Of a stretch of 59,978 nucleotides of DNA, positions 22,295 through 33,300 are shown piece after piece; the stretch's first letter is position 1, and every line of letters starts with the position of its first letter. Source of the stretch: Eubacteriales bacterium (GTDB lineage: Bacteria > Bacillota > Clostridia > Oscillospirales > CAG-382); contig JAZTXY010000014.1 in NCBI GenBank assembly GCA_045636665.1, positions 1 through 59,978 of the forward strand, written 5' to 3'. A program made the position numbers and the translations under genes. The notes beneath the pieces are model-generated. The model searched no databases, was not told where the DNA came from, and saw only the letters and a list, made by a program, of their open reading frames with translations.

Positions 22295-22969
22295 TTATTT
22301 CATTTTATAACCGCATTGATTGCAAAAATTCGCCTGAGCTCTTACGGCGTTTCCGCAAGAAGGACAGCGTTTTATAATCGGTTCGCTTTGCTTGGGAAGC
22401 GTTGCTCTTCCGTTATCTCGGTCGGAAAAGATATCCTCAACGAAGGGGTCTTCAATCGGCTCTGCGGCAGGAACGCTTTCAAGCTTTTCTTCGACAGCTT
22501 CGGTTGTGATTTCTTCAACCACCTCCTCGGCGATTTCCTCGGCGGTTTCTTCAACCGTTTCTTCCGCAACGCTGTCGGAAGCTACCTCATAAACCTTAAC
22601 GTCCTCGTTCTCGCCGTCAAAGCAAGCTTCGGGCTTTTCGGGCTGCGCGGTTACCTCCTTGACAGGCTTTTCGGGTTGAGCGCAGTTGAAATTGTTGTTG
22701 CGAAGAATCGCGAGTATTTCGGCATTGATGCGCGCGTTTTCCTCGCAGGATTTAACAAGCGTGCCGTAACCGTAAAGCATATAGGTCGCAATAAGCGAAA
22801 GCACGAATCCGACAGCGGCGCCGATAACTCCATAGATAATCGGCCACGCCCACTCGAGCATTATGCCGTTGACGATTCCCGCAACGAGAACCAAAAGCGA
22901 CGCGATACACAAAAGCACAAAGAAAGCTATCGCCACACCGCGAATCTTTCTGCCAACGTTTTTAAACAT
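22295..22969 (-). CDS. Membrane protein with acidic repeat linker and C-terminal zinc-ribbon
   Basis: Two N-terminal TM helices, the linker VAEETVEETAEEIAEEVVEEITTEAVEE, and C-terminal CPSCG..FCNQCG. Confidence 0.7.
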   Translation of the reverse strand: MFKNVGRKIRGVAIAFFVLLCIASLLVLVAGIVNGIMLEWAWPIIYGVIGAAVGFVLSLIATYMLYGYGTLVKSCEENARINAEILAILRNNNFNCAQPEKPVKEVTAQPEKPEACFDGENEDVKVYEVASDSVAEETVEETAEEIAEEVVEEITTEAVEEKLESVPAAEPIEDPFVEDIFSDRDNGRATLPKQSEPIIKRCPSCGNAVRAQANFCNQCGYKMK

Positions 22970-22988
22970 AAACCGTCACCTCTAAAAA

Positions 22989-23414
22989 TTACTTGCCGTA
23001 TATGTCGAAAAAGCCCATACTTAACGGAACAAAATAAACGTCTACGTTTCTTAAATGAGTGTTAAGCACGATAAGCTTAAAGCCCTCATAGGTATATTCT
23101 TTGCTTCCGTCGGGATAAGTAACACACTCGATATCGCCGTTTTCATAATCGACCGATGCCGATTCGATAATCTCTTCGATGGTTATTTCGCCCGAATCGA
23201 GCGCCATTTCAAGCAACGTCGGTTCTTCGTCGATTTCAATCATCATAAAACCGCCGACAACGTAAACGACGCGCTCCTCGGTATAGTAAATATAATCGAT
23301 CTTGTCGCTTCCGTCGGGAGTGAAGCTTAAATTGTATTCGTTTCCGCCCGAGCAGGCAGTAAACGAAGCGGTCATAATCAAAACGATTGCAAGGGCAATG
23401 ATTCTTTTAGTCAT
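22989..23414 (-). CDS. Putative lipoprotein (141 aa)
   Basis: MTKRIIALAIVLIMTASFTAC signal peptide with lipobox-like Cys. ATG 23414 overlaps the ftsK stop by 8 nt. The longer ORF-track start lies inside ftsK. Confidence 0.7.
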   Translation of the reverse strand: MTKRIIALAIVLIMTASFTACSGGNEYNLSFTPDGSDKIDYIYYTEERVVYVVGGFMMIEIDEEPTLLEMALDSGEITIEEIIESASVDYENGDIECVTYPDGSKEYTYEGFKLIVLNTHLRNVDVYFVPLSMGFFDIYGK

Positions 23415-25839
23415 TTTCGGACTCCTTTTTCGTTTCGCCGTTAAGCTTAAGCTCGGCAAATTGCTCACGCGTGATAAGGATGTTGCGCTTTTTGGTTGCC
23501 GCATCGAACTCGCCGATATATCCGCGGCGTTCCATTTTGTCGATGATTCTTGCCGCACGCGCATAACCCAAGGAAAGGCGGCGTTGGAGCAACGACGTCG
23601 AAACGGTGCCGCTTTCGATAGCAACCTCGATAGCGTCCATAAACATCGGATCGATCTTGTCGTCGCCGTCGTCCGCTTCTGCGGTGGCAGCGGCTTTTTT
23701 GCCCTTCATGCCGCAAAGCTTCGCTTCCTGCTCGATCTGCTTCATAATAGCATCGTCATATTGCGCCTGCGCGGCTTCTTTAATAAACTGAGTAACTGCG
23801 GCAACCTCGCTCTTGCCGTCGACGAACGCGCCTTGAACGCGTATCGGCTTCATTGCGCCTACGGGGTAGTAAAGCATATCGCCCTTACCGAGCAGCTTTT
23901 CTGCGCCCGTCATATCCAAAATGGTACGCGAGTCGACCGCCGAGGTTGTGGTCAATGCGATTCTCGAGGGAATGTTTGCCTTGATAAGACCGGTGATAAC
24001 GTCAACCGAGGGTCTTTGGGTACCGATAACAAGGTGGATGCCTGCCGCACGCGCCTTTTGAGCAAGACGGCAAACCGAGGTTTCAACGTCATCGGGCGCT
24101 GTCATCATCAAATCGGCAAATTCATCGATAAAGATGACGATTTGAGGCATAAGCTCACGCTCGGGGTCGTTTGCGACCGCGCTGTTATAGCCCATAAGCT
24201 CACGCGCACCGACCTCTTCGAAAAGACGGTAACGCTTTTCCATTTCACTGCAAGCCCAGTTAAGAGTACCTGCCGCATTCTTCGGGTCGTTAATAACCGG
24301 CACGAGAAGATGCGGAATATCCTTATAGTCCGAAAATTCAACGGTTTTCGGGTCGATAAGTATTAATTTTACGTCATTGGGATGGTTGCGGTAAAGCAGA
24401 GAGATAATTAACGAGTTAATGCATACCGATTTACCCTGACCTGTTGCGCCCGCAACCAAAAGGTGGGGCATTTTCGCAATATCAAGGTAAACGGGACTGC
24501 CCGCAACGTCTTCGCCGAGCGAACAGAAAAGTCGGCTCTTGTTGTCGCGGAAGATGGGATTATCGATAAGGCCTCGAAGCTTTACCGTCGAAGTAACTTT
24601 ATTGGGAATTTCAACACCCACCGCCGCTTTTCCGGGGATGTTTTCGATTCTTACCGCAGTTGCGGCAAGGTGAAGCGCGATATCGTCGGAAAGGTTGGAT
24701 ATCGACTTTACTCTGACACCCGTTTCGGGTTGAAGCTCATAACGTGTAACCGTCGGGCCGTAGGTGGAATTTATAACCTTTGCCTTTACGTTGAAGCTCG
24801 CAAGGACCTCTTCCAATTTACGGCTTGTCCTTTCGACCTCGGCACCCGAGGGACCGCCCATTCCGTTGCCCGAATCTGCGGAGAGCAGAGAAATCGGGGG
24901 GAATACGTAGGGTGTATCCTCAATCGGCTCCAAGCAAAGCTCCTCGTCTTCGCCGTCATCGGAATCGTCCGCTCCCTCAATCGTTTCGGGGATGGTTTCG
25001 GGCTCGGTCTTTTCCTCAATCGGTTCGGGCTTGACCTGCTCGGCTATCGGCTCTGACGGGTCGGGCAGAAGCTCGGTATCGGTCGCCGCGTTATATTCGG
25101 AAATAGTTTCGTATTCGCTTTTTTCTTCCACAGCGGGGTCTTCGGGAAGCGCAACGGGAAGCTCGGTTTTTGCTTCCTCAAGCTTCTTCTTACGGCGGGG
25201 AGCGGGAATTTCCAATTCCTCCTCTTCCTCGTCATCCTCACGCGATTCCTTTGCGCGCGCCGCCGCATCGCGGAAGTAATTGAATATCGCCATAACGGTA
25301 TCCTTCGGTGTCGCACCGCAAAGAAGCACGGTGCAGATAAAGATACCCAAAATCGCAAGAACCATCGAAGCGGCAGTGCCGATCGTAACGATGAAAAGCA
25401 TTGCGATAGAACCGCTTATAAGACCTGCGCTTTGAAGCTCGATGCCCTGCGCGTAAAGCTGATTTATCGCAGGCTCTTCGCTTCCTGCAACAAGAATCTG
25501 CACAAAGATCGAAATAAAGACAAATTCAAGCGCATAGATAACGTATTTTACCCTTGCGACGTTGTTCGCGTGGTCGCGTCCCCAAAGAATATCGATAATG
25601 AGAACGAGAAACGGAACAACGTAATACATCGGTCCGAACAAGCCCTTTAAAAAGGTCGCGATAGCGTTGCCGAACCAACCGTTGTTAATGGCGGGGATAA
25701 AGGTGAGGATGATGAAGAAGGCAACAAAGCCGACCACCCAACGTATTATCTCCGTACGCTCGATTTTTATTTGTTTTTGCTTGGAATTGCCGGAATTATT
25801 CGACTTTTTAACGTTTTTTGTTTTTTTCTTATCCGCCAC
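23407..25839 (-). CDS. ftsK: DNA translocase FtsK/SpoIIIE
   Basis: N-terminal TM domain, acidic/Pro-rich linker, motor domain with Walker A GATGQGKS, and a C-terminal gamma winged helix. Confidence 0.93.
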   Translation of the reverse strand: MADKKKTKNVKKSNNSGNSKQKQIKIERTEIIRWVVGFVAFFIILTFIPAINNGWFGNAIATFLKGLFGPMYYVVPFLVLIIDILWGRDHANNVARVKYVIYALEFVFISIFVQILVAGSEEPAINQLYAQGIELQSAGLISGSIAMLFIVTIGTAASMVLAILGIFICTVLLCGATPKDTVMAIFNYFRDAAARAKESREDDEEEEELEIPAPRRKKKLEEAKTELPVALPEDPAVEEKSEYETISEYNAATDTELLPDPSEPIAEQVKPEPIEEKTEPETIPETIEGADDSDDGEDEELCLEPIEDTPYVFPPISLLSADSGNGMGGPSGAEVERTSRKLEEVLASFNVKAKVINSTYGPTVTRYELQPETGVRVKSISNLSDDIALHLAATAVRIENIPGKAAVGVEIPNKVTSTVKLRGLIDNPIFRDNKSRLFCSLGEDVAGSPVYLDIAKMPHLLVAGATGQGKSVCINSLIISLLYRNHPNDVKLILIDPKTVEFSDYKDIPHLLVPVINDPKNAAGTLNWACSEMEKRYRLFEEVGARELMGYNSAVANDPERELMPQIVIFIDEFADLMMTAPDDVETSVCRLAQKARAAGIHLVIGTQRPSVDVITGLIKANIPSRIALTTTSAVDSRTILDMTGAEKLLGKGDMLYYPVGAMKPIRVQGAFVDGKSEVAAVTQFIKEAAQAQYDDAIMKQIEQEAKLCGMKGKKAAATAEADDGDDKIDPMFMDAIEVAIESGTVSTSLLQRRLSLGYARAARIIDKMERRGYIGEFDAATKKRNILITREQFAELKLNGETKKESEND

Positions 25840-25866
25840 GGCAGGCTCCTTTTAACTTTACGTCGT

Positions 25867-26703
25867 TTATAAAGCGATGTCCGCAACGATTGCGGCAACG
25901 CCGATTATTACACAATATACCGAAAATACGGCAAACCCTTTGTTTTTGGAAATATACTGAAGCAGCTTGATTGCAAAGAATCCAACCACCGCCGCAACTA
26001 TCGCACCGACAATAACGGGAGCGAGCATATTTTCCGCCATGCCCTCGGAAAAAAGGTCGGGCAATTCGGTAACGCAGGCACCCAAGATTGCAGGGATTGA
26101 CATCAAAAACGAAAATCTAACCGCTTCCTCGCGTGAGAATCCGAAAATTCTGCCGCCCGTAATCGTCGAGCCCGAACGGGAAATGCCGGGCATTATGCCG
26201 AGCAATGCCTGAACCGCACCAACGCCCAAGGGTCTTAAATATCCGCCGTTTTCCGCCTTTAATTCGGTTTGCTTCAAGCGGTCGCTGACAAAAAGCATCG
26301 TTCCGTTGATTATAAGCAAAATGCCGATCATCCAAGAAACGGCGCTGATTTCCTCAACCGTTTCGTCAAGCCCCAAAAGCTTTATCGGAACAAGCGGAAG
26401 GGTTGCGACGCAAAGCATTAAAAACAGCTTTTCGCCAGAATCGAGCCCTTGCTTGAGCTTTCCTGTAAAAAGCTTTTTAACAAGCGAGAAAAAGCCCTTG
26501 ATAAGCGCGAAAACATCCTTTCGGAAGACCACGCAGACCGAAAGAAGCGTTGCGAGATGAAGCGCAATGTTGAAGGCAAAGCCGTTTTCGGTTTCGGTGC
26601 CGAAAAAGTTTTGCGCCAACGCAAGGTGCCCCGAACTGGATATTGGTAAAAATTCGGCAACGCCTTGAATTATTCCGTATACGACAGCTTCAAGTATGCT
26701 CAC
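25867..26703 (-). CDS. uppP: Undecaprenyl-diphosphate phosphatase
   Basis: BacA motifs EFLPISSSGHL and PGISRSGSTI, with 8 TM segments. Confidence 0.92.
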   Translation of the reverse strand: MSILEAVVYGIIQGVAEFLPISSSGHLALAQNFFGTETENGFAFNIALHLATLLSVCVVFRKDVFALIKGFFSLVKKLFTGKLKQGLDSGEKLFLMLCVATLPLVPIKLLGLDETVEEISAVSWMIGILLIINGTMLFVSDRLKQTELKAENGGYLRPLGVGAVQALLGIMPGISRSGSTITGGRIFGFSREEAVRFSFLMSIPAILGACVTELPDLFSEGMAENMLAPVIVGAIVAAVVGFFAIKLLQYISKNKGFAVFSVYCVIIGVAAIVADIAL

Positions 26704-26833
26704 TGCAACAATTCCCCTCGGTGTAGTTTAATTTATGCATATTCTTTATTATAACGATATATTCTTTGGTTGTCAAGTTAATTGTCGCCCCGTGCTCACG
26801 CATCGGCGCGCGAAAGCGCACGAAAACATTCGA

Positions 26834-26862
26834 TTGACAAACCGATTCTTTTGGTGTATAAT
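26834..26862 (+). promoter_or_regulatory. Sigma-A promoter TTGACA-17-TATAAT
   Basis: Exact consensus hexamers at 26834-26839 and 26857-26862, about 40 nt upstream of the 26903 start. Confidence 0.5.
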
Positions 26863-26902
26863 CGACTGTAACTGATTTGAATTAAATTAAGGAGATGAGC
26901 TT

Positions 26903-27871
26903 TTGTCCTCTGCTTTTAAAAACTTTTTCATCACCTTCGCAATATGCCTTTTGGTGTTTGCCTTCGTCGGATTCACGTTCGTTTACGATTGGCTTTTGGA
27001 CGTGCTTAATTTCAGCGATCTCGGAGAAACCTCTGAAACCGTATCTACCGACGTTTCGGGAACACCGGACAATGAACAGTCCGAGGTAATAATTCCCGAT
27101 ACGAGCGTCGATGAAAGCGGTGACGTTTTCACTGCGTTCATTATGTGCGTTGACTCCAACGGTAAAATGCTTAACGGCGTATTTGTCGATGCAAACGGCA
27201 AGAGCAAGCAATTTATTTACTGCCCTCTTTCCGCAAACCTCAAAACCACCAACGAAATCGGCGTTTCGGTGCCTCTTTACGACCTTTTCACCGCAATGTC
27301 GCCCGAAACGGTGGCTCAGTGCGTCACAACGCTTACAGGTATTCAAACCGATTACTGTCTGCGCTTCGACCGCGAGGGTCTTAAAACGATAGTCCGCGCT
27401 ATCCCCGGCGCTTACGTTGAATTGAACGAGATTATCACCGTCAAAAACCCTATTTACAACAGCTACGTTCCCGAAGAAGGAGCTCCTTACCCCGAGGATT
27501 ATTATATCACCATTCAAAACAACGAAGACGGCAAGGTGCTTTTGAACGATCTTGTGGGAAACCGCACTGCGCTTGAATGGCTTTTGGAATACAATCCCAA
27601 CTTTGACGGCGCAGAATATAACGCGCTTTACACAAGAATCGCAAAAACGATAATCCGTCAATTCCTTACCCAAGAAAATGCGATGAAGAGCACCGAAATG
27701 ATGGCTGCGGTTATCAACAGCTGCGAAACCAATATGACGCTCGACGACGCAACGGGACATCTTGACACCATCTTTTCTTATAACTCCTTCAAGCGTCACG
27801 AGGTAAATTATCCCTCCAACTGGGAATCGGCAGTTATCCGACTTCGCGAGCTTGACGGCACGTTTAATTAA
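26903..27871 (+). CDS. Membrane-anchored extracytoplasmic protein, distantly LCP (LytR-CpsA-Psr)-like
   Basis: TTG start 8 nt after AAGGAG, with an N-terminal TM helix. The core FIMCVDSNGK..TGIQTDYCLRFDREGLKTIV loosely follows the LCP pattern but lacks obvious conserved Arg residues. Confidence 0.55.
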   Translation: MSSAFKNFFITFAICLLVFAFVGFTFVYDWLLDVLNFSDLGETSETVSTDVSGTPDNEQSEVIIPDTSVDESGDVFTAFIMCVDSNGKMLNGVFVDANGKSKQFIYCPLSANLKTTNEIGVSVPLYDLFTAMSPETVAQCVTTLTGIQTDYCLRFDREGLKTIVRAIPGAYVELNEIITVKNPIYNSYVPEEGAPYPEDYYITIQNNEDGKVLLNDLVGNRTALEWLLEYNPNFDGAEYNALYTRIAKTIIRQFLTQENAMKSTEMMAAVINSCETNMTLDDATGHLDTIFSYNSFKRHEVNYPSNWESAVIRLRELDGTFN

Positions 27872-27888
27872 ACAAAAGGAGTTTCGGT

Positions 27889-29178
27889 ATGAGCAAAGAA
27901 TATTCTCCTGCCACAAAATGCATACATTCGGGATACCATCCCGAAAACGGTGAGCCGTTGGCTTTGCCGATATATCAAAGCACGACCTATTCCTATTCCT
28001 CTCCCACCGATATCGGCAAGCTTTTCGACCTTACCGCAGACGGTCATATGTATTCGCGCATATCCAACCCCACCGTTGCATACGTTGAAGAAAAGATTGC
28101 CGACCTCGAAGGCGGTATCGCCGCGCTTGGCACAAGCTCGGGACAGGCGGCAAGCTTCCTTGCCATTGCAAATATCGCATCGGCGGGCGACCATATTTTG
28201 GTCTCCTCGAAGATTTACGGCGGTACGACAAACCTTTTCAGCGTAACGCTTAAGCGCTTCGGTATCGATTGCACCTTTTTCGATCAGGATATTTCCGACG
28301 ACGAAATAGAAGCGCTTATCCAACCCAACACAAAGCTTATTTTCGGCGAAACGATTGCAAACCCCGCGCTTTCGGTTTTCGATATTGAAAGAATAGCAAA
28401 CGTAGCGCATAAGGCGGGCATTCCCCTTATCGTTGACAACACCTTTGCAACCGGTGTTCTTTGCAGACCTATCGATTTCGGTGCCGATATCGTTGTGCTT
28501 TCCACCACGAAGTATATGGAAGGACACGCGGTACAGCTTGGCGGCTGTGTTGTCGACAGCGGCAATTTCGATTGGACTCAAAACGACAAATTCCAAGGTC
28601 TTTGCACTCCCGATGAATCCTATCACGGAATCGTTTATACCGAATCCTTCGGCAAGCTTGCCTATATAACGAAGATGCGCGTTCAGCTTATGCGCGATTT
28701 CGGCGTTTACCCCACCGCACAGGCTGCGTTTCTTCTCGACCTCGGTCTGCAAACGCTCGACGTGCGCCTTGAACGTCACTGCAAAAACGCGTATGCGGTT
28801 GCAAAATACATTGAAGAAAGCGGTTATGCCGAATACGTTAATTACGCAGGGCTTGAAAGCAACAAATACAACGGACTTGCGAAGAAATATCTTCCCAAGG
28901 GCTGCTGCGGCGTAGTTTCGTTCTGCATAAAGGGCGGACGCGAAAAGGCGGAAAAGTTTATGAACTCGCTTTCGCTTTTCGTAAACGCGGTTCACGTTGC
29001 GACCGTTCATTCCTGCGTGCTTCATCCCGCAAGCTCGACTCACCGTCAGTTGAGCGACGAAATGCTTGTTAAAGCAGGCATTGATGCAGGTCTTATCCGC
29101 ATTTCGGTCGGTATTGAAAATATCGAGGATATACTTGATGACCTTAAACAGGCGTTCGAATGCGCGTTTGGCGAATAA
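27889..29178 (+). CDS. metY: O-acetylhomoserine aminocarboxypropyltransferase / sulfhydrylase (PLP-dependent)
   Basis: YSRISNPT, SSGQAA and PLP-lysine context STTKYMEGH. Typical 429-aa length. Confidence 0.9.
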   Translation: MSKEYSPATKCIHSGYHPENGEPLALPIYQSTTYSYSSPTDIGKLFDLTADGHMYSRISNPTVAYVEEKIADLEGGIAALGTSSGQAASFLAIANIASAGDHILVSSKIYGGTTNLFSVTLKRFGIDCTFFDQDISDDEIEALIQPNTKLIFGETIANPALSVFDIERIANVAHKAGIPLIVDNTFATGVLCRPIDFGADIVVLSTTKYMEGHAVQLGGCVVDSGNFDWTQNDKFQGLCTPDESYHGIVYTESFGKLAYITKMRVQLMRDFGVYPTAQAAFLLDLGLQTLDVRLERHCKNAYAVAKYIEESGYAEYVNYAGLESNKYNGLAKKYLPKGCCGVVSFCIKGGREKAEKFMNSLSLFVNAVHVATVHSCVLHPASSTHRQLSDEMLVKAGIDAGLIRISVGIENIEDILDDLKQAFECAFGE

Positions 29179-29226
29179 GCGGTAAATTTTGTCTGAAACT
29201 TTTTGTTTAAAAGTGTCGAATAGATA

Positions 29227-29255
29227 TTGAAATTCGCAATTAATTGTGATATAAA
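29227..29255 (+). promoter_or_regulatory. Sigma-A promoter TTGAAA-17-TATAAA for ferredoxin gene
   Basis: Hexamers at 29227-29232 and 29250-29255 with a 17-nt spacer. Confidence 0.4.
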
Positions 29256-29284
29256 GTAAGTAATAAATACGGAGGTGTTACATT

Positions 29285-29458
29285 ATGGCATATTCTATCA
29301 TTAACGATGTTTGCATCGGTTGCGGTACCTGCGAAGCAGAATGCCCCGTAAGCGCTATCTCTGTTGGCGACGACGGCAAGTACGTTATCGACGCTGATCT
29401 CTGCCTCGACTGCGGCGCATGCGCAGGCGTATGTCCCGTTGATGCTCCCCAAGCGTAA
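29285..29458 (+). CDS. fdx: 2x[4Fe-4S] ferredoxin (57 aa; below ORF-track cutoff)
   Basis: Own translation: MAYSIINDVCIGCGTCEAECPVSAISVGDDGKYVIDADLCLDCGACAGVCPVDAPQA. It carries two CxxCxxCxxxCP motifs, with GGAGGTG RBS upstream. Confidence 0.88.
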   Translation: MAYSIINDVCIGCGTCEAECPVSAISVGDDGKYVIDADLCLDCGACAGVCPVDAPQA

Positions 29459-29484
29459 GAGCAAAAATTAAGGGCTGAAACCCG

Positions 29485-29527
29485 ATAATGCGTTCATAGG
29501 TCACCCCTATGGGCGCATTATTGTTTT
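29485..29527 (+). terminator. Rho-independent terminator of ferredoxin gene
   Basis: 16-bp stem ATAATGCGTTCATAGG / CCTATGGGCGCATTAT (two G-T pairs) followed by TGTTTT. Confidence 0.7.
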
Positions 29528-29593
29528 CGTCCGCCAAAATTTAAGAATTATTTACCGTTTCGACAAAATCAAAACGGTATTTGTGATACTATA

Positions 29594-30325
29594 ATGAGTG
29601 AACTACATACAAACAAGATCAACGCATCAATCATACTGAACGAGCCCGACGGCGGTATCCGTTTCGGTACCGACGCGCTTTTGCTTGCCGATTTCGCATC
29701 GGGAATGAAAAAGGGGCTTTGCCTTGATCTGGGCACCGGTTCGGGCGTTATTCCCTTGCTTTTGCTTGCAACCGGCAGTAAATCCGATTTTGTCGGTCTT
29801 GAGCTTCAGGAAAAATATGCAAATGTTGCCGCCGAAAACGCAAGAAACAACAATTTCGGTCAGCGCTTGAAGGTGATTTGCGGAAACGCTTCGAATCACC
29901 GAGAGCTTTTTGAAAGCGGAAGCTTCGAAAGCGTTATCACCAATCCACCCTATATGCGAAACGATTGCGGCGCGGCGAACGAAGCCGAATCATTAAACAT
30001 AGCAAGGCGAGAGGTTATGGGCGGCGTCGATAATTTTCTTAAAGCGGCGGCTTGGTGCCTTAAAAGCGGCGGAAGCTTTTTTGCGGTATACCGTCCCGAC
30101 AGATTGGTAAATCTGCTTTGCGAAATGCGTAATAACAAAATCGAGCCGAAGCGGCTTCGCGCGGTTGTCCCCTCCGTCGGCAAACGGCCGTCACTGATAC
30201 TCGTCGAGGGCAGAAAAGACGGCAAAGAGGGTCTTGTTTACGAAAACGACCTTATAATTTACGCCGATGAGGCTCATTCGGTACAAACCGAGGAAATGCA
30301 GAAAATATATAAAAAATTCGATTAA
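29594..30325 (+). CDS. SAM-dependent methyltransferase, tRNA1(Val) (adenine37-N6)-methyltransferase (YfiC/TrmN6)-like
   Basis: SAM motif LDLGTGSGV and N6-adenine motif NPPY. No obvious SD upstream of the ATG. Confidence 0.8.
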   Translation: MSELHTNKINASIILNEPDGGIRFGTDALLLADFASGMKKGLCLDLGTGSGVIPLLLLATGSKSDFVGLELQEKYANVAAENARNNNFGQRLKVICGNASNHRELFESGSFESVITNPPYMRNDCGAANEAESLNIARREVMGGVDNFLKAAAWCLKSGGSFFAVYRPDRLVNLLCEMRNNKIEPKRLRAVVPSVGKRPSLILVEGRKDGKEGLVYENDLIIYADEAHSVQTEEMQKIYKKFD

Positions 30326-30340
30326 AGAAAGAAATCATAA

Positions 30341-33300
30341 ATGATTAAAAGAGCGCTTGCTACGGTTTTGATAATTCTTACCGTACTGCCTGCCGTTGTT
30401 TTGGCAGGGAGCGTTCTTTTTGCGCCCTATAACGGCCTTGAAGCGTTTGACGACAGCTGGGAAAACTCGATAAACGCCGCTTTGGGCAACGGAGCCGAAA
30501 CAGGCAAAGCCGTTTCACCTCTCCCCGACGGCGAAAGATATATCGTAAAATTCAAGGACAACGTTTCGTTACTGTCGATTGAAAATGCGCTTGAAGCAAC
30601 CGAATACCGTCAGCTTGCCGAAAGCGAGCAAAGACTGTTTGTGATAAGCGACAGCGAAAGCAAATTCATTAAAGAAAACAGCGATATTATCGAATACCAC
30701 GAAACAGACCTTATGCGTGAGGCTTTGGCGCTTACCAACGACGCGGTAACACTGCCCACCTTTGAAACGACCGGAATTTACGAGGCTTGGGATACCGTAA
30801 AGGCGAGAAACGATATTATCGTCGCGGTATTGGATACCGGTATCGACCGCACTCACGAGGATTTGGTCGATGCAAGCATTCTCCCCGGATATGACGCGGT
30901 AACGAAAACGGCAGGTGTTTACGACGACGCCGTCGGTCACGGCACGGGTGTTATCGGTCTTATCGCCGCAACGGCAGATAACGGAATCGGTATCGCAGGC
31001 GCGGCTCACGGCGTTACGATTTTGCCGATAAAGGTTTCGGCAAGCAGTACGACCATTTATTCATCGGATTTGGTTTCGGCAATACGGTTTGCCGCAAATT
31101 CGGGCGCAAAGGTAATTAATATGTCCGTCGGCGGACTTTCCTATTCCTATGCCGAGCAGGAGGCGGTAAATTATGCCGTTTCAAAGGGATGTATTCTCGT
31201 TTCCGCTTCGGGCAACGGCGGTTTGCTTCCCTATGCCGACAAAAAAAGCTATCCCGCATCCTACGAGGGCGTTATTTCGGTCGCATCCTGCGATGCCTTC
31301 GGTGAAAGAAGCTCTTTTTCGCAGTATAACGATATGGTCGACATCGCCGCGCCCGGCGAAGCGGTGATGATGCCGATTGTCGAAAACGGCGTTTCGGCTT
31401 ACCGCACCGATTCGGGCACGAGCTTTTCCTGCGCGATAGTAAGCGCAATTGCGGCGCTTGCGGTTTCCGCCTGCGACGAGGATGTGCGCTTTGACAGCGA
31501 TGAATTTTTGTCGCTTATAATGAATACCTGCAACAAAATACGCACCGACGAGCTCGGCTTTGGCATTATCAACGCAAAGCCCATTATCGAATCGGCAAAT
31601 TTGCCGATAATCACCGGCGCGATTGACGGAAACGTTTATAACGAAAGCATTAAGGTCGGCTTTAACCGCGGAAGCGCATTGCTTGACGGCGAAGAATTTG
31701 AAGACGGCGATGCCATTATCGCAAACGGCGAGCACGAGCTTAAAATAACCGACGGCGATTACGAAAAAATTATTCGCTTCCGTTTGGAATACGAGCCGTT
31801 TTCCTATGAATTCAAGGAATTTTCGGACTATGCCTATTTTGTGTTCAACCGCGGAACCGCGTTGCTCGACGGCTTCCCTTATTCGTCGGGTGAAAAGATA
31901 ACCGCATCGGGCAGACACGAATTCGTTATTACCGACGGCACCGAAACGTTCACAAAAATTATTGATATTCAATACGCTCTGCCCTCGGTATACGGAGTTG
32001 AAGACGGCGGAATTTATAATAACCCAATAGAAATTTGCGTTGTCGGCGACGGCAAAGCAATGCTTGACGGCAAGCGCTTTTACAACAAGACCTGCGTTGC
32101 CGAAAGCGGTGTACATACACTTTCGGTCGAAAGCGGAACCGGCACTGTCAAAAAGGAATATACCTTTGAAATCAATTTCCCGTTTGCGGAATTTACCCAA
32201 ACCGATTATGCCGAATCGACTGCGGCAATCGACGAAGAAAACGGTTATGCCTGCATTTACGGCGATTCGCTTGTGGGTGTGAGGATTTACGGCTTAAACG
32301 ACCTTTCGCAATATCTGCATTTTCTGCCGATAGGCCGTGTTTATGCCCACAAATTCACCGAAACCGAGCTGGTTTTGGCAGGTGACGAGGGCATTACCGT
32401 AATTTCACGCGCGAATGCATTGAATCCCGAATCAGCGGTTATCAACAACGTTTATTTCGAAGGCATCGAGCTTTATACGTTTGCCGACGAAACGGTTTAC
32501 TGCTTCGGCGATAAAAACATTTATCTTTTGGACTCTGCTTTTTCCGAGCTTACACATATTGCAAACGTCGGATTTTCTTGCACAAACGCAATTTATTCCG
32601 ACGGATTGATTTGTCTTACGTCCGACCAAAACGACCGTACAGTTTATGTTTTCAACACCGAAAACAATTCGCTTTCAAGTTTTTCGATTGATTTTTCGCT
32701 TGAGCTTCAGCCGATTTATTTCGAGCACGGATACCTTGCAATCGGCAACCGTTTGATCAACGTGCTTCGCAAAGCCGTCGTGCTTGAATTTTGCTCCTAC
32801 AAGGCGATTGATATTGAAGACGGGCTTCTGTTTTGCGAAAATGCAATAATCGATATTGCTTCGGGCAGAGAATTGGGAAGATTCCCCTTCCCCGTTTCGG
32901 ATATTGTTTTGGGGGCTGACGGCATTTATCTTTTCGGTGTCGAGCCGATAGCGGCGAAAATTTCAAGTCTTGCCGAGGACGTTTTTGCCTACGGTGCGGC
33001 AAAGCCGACCGACCTTGCGTTTTCACAGCCCGAAAATTCAAACGAATTCAGACAAACCCTGTTTATCGACGGAAGCTTCAATGCGCTTTCGACAGTGGCG
33101 GGTCAAACCGACGTTTTCGCGATATTCAAGGATAAATACGCAATATATTCCCTTGCGCTTGACGGACTTGCCGAAAAAGCTCCCGTAAAATTGCGCTTTG
33201 AACCCGAAAAGCTCTTCCTTTCGGGCGGTTATCTTGCCGTTTCCTTTAAAAACGCACCTTTCGTTTATGTCGCTCATGAAACCGACGTTTCATCGGGCAA

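Noticed and set aside
23415-23624. N-terminal 70-aa extension of the lipoprotein ORF (ORF track 22989-23624)
   Set aside because: The extension lies inside the ftsK coding region in another frame. The internal ATG at 23414 gives a canonical signal peptide with lipobox.
26882-29043. Two long minus-strand ORFs (26882-27916, 27868-29043) covering the LCP-like gene and metY
   Set aside because: They are antisense to genes with strong motifs, including the PLP enzyme. Their composition is odd, they lack an RBS, and they run through the 26834 promoter region. They are shadow ORFs.
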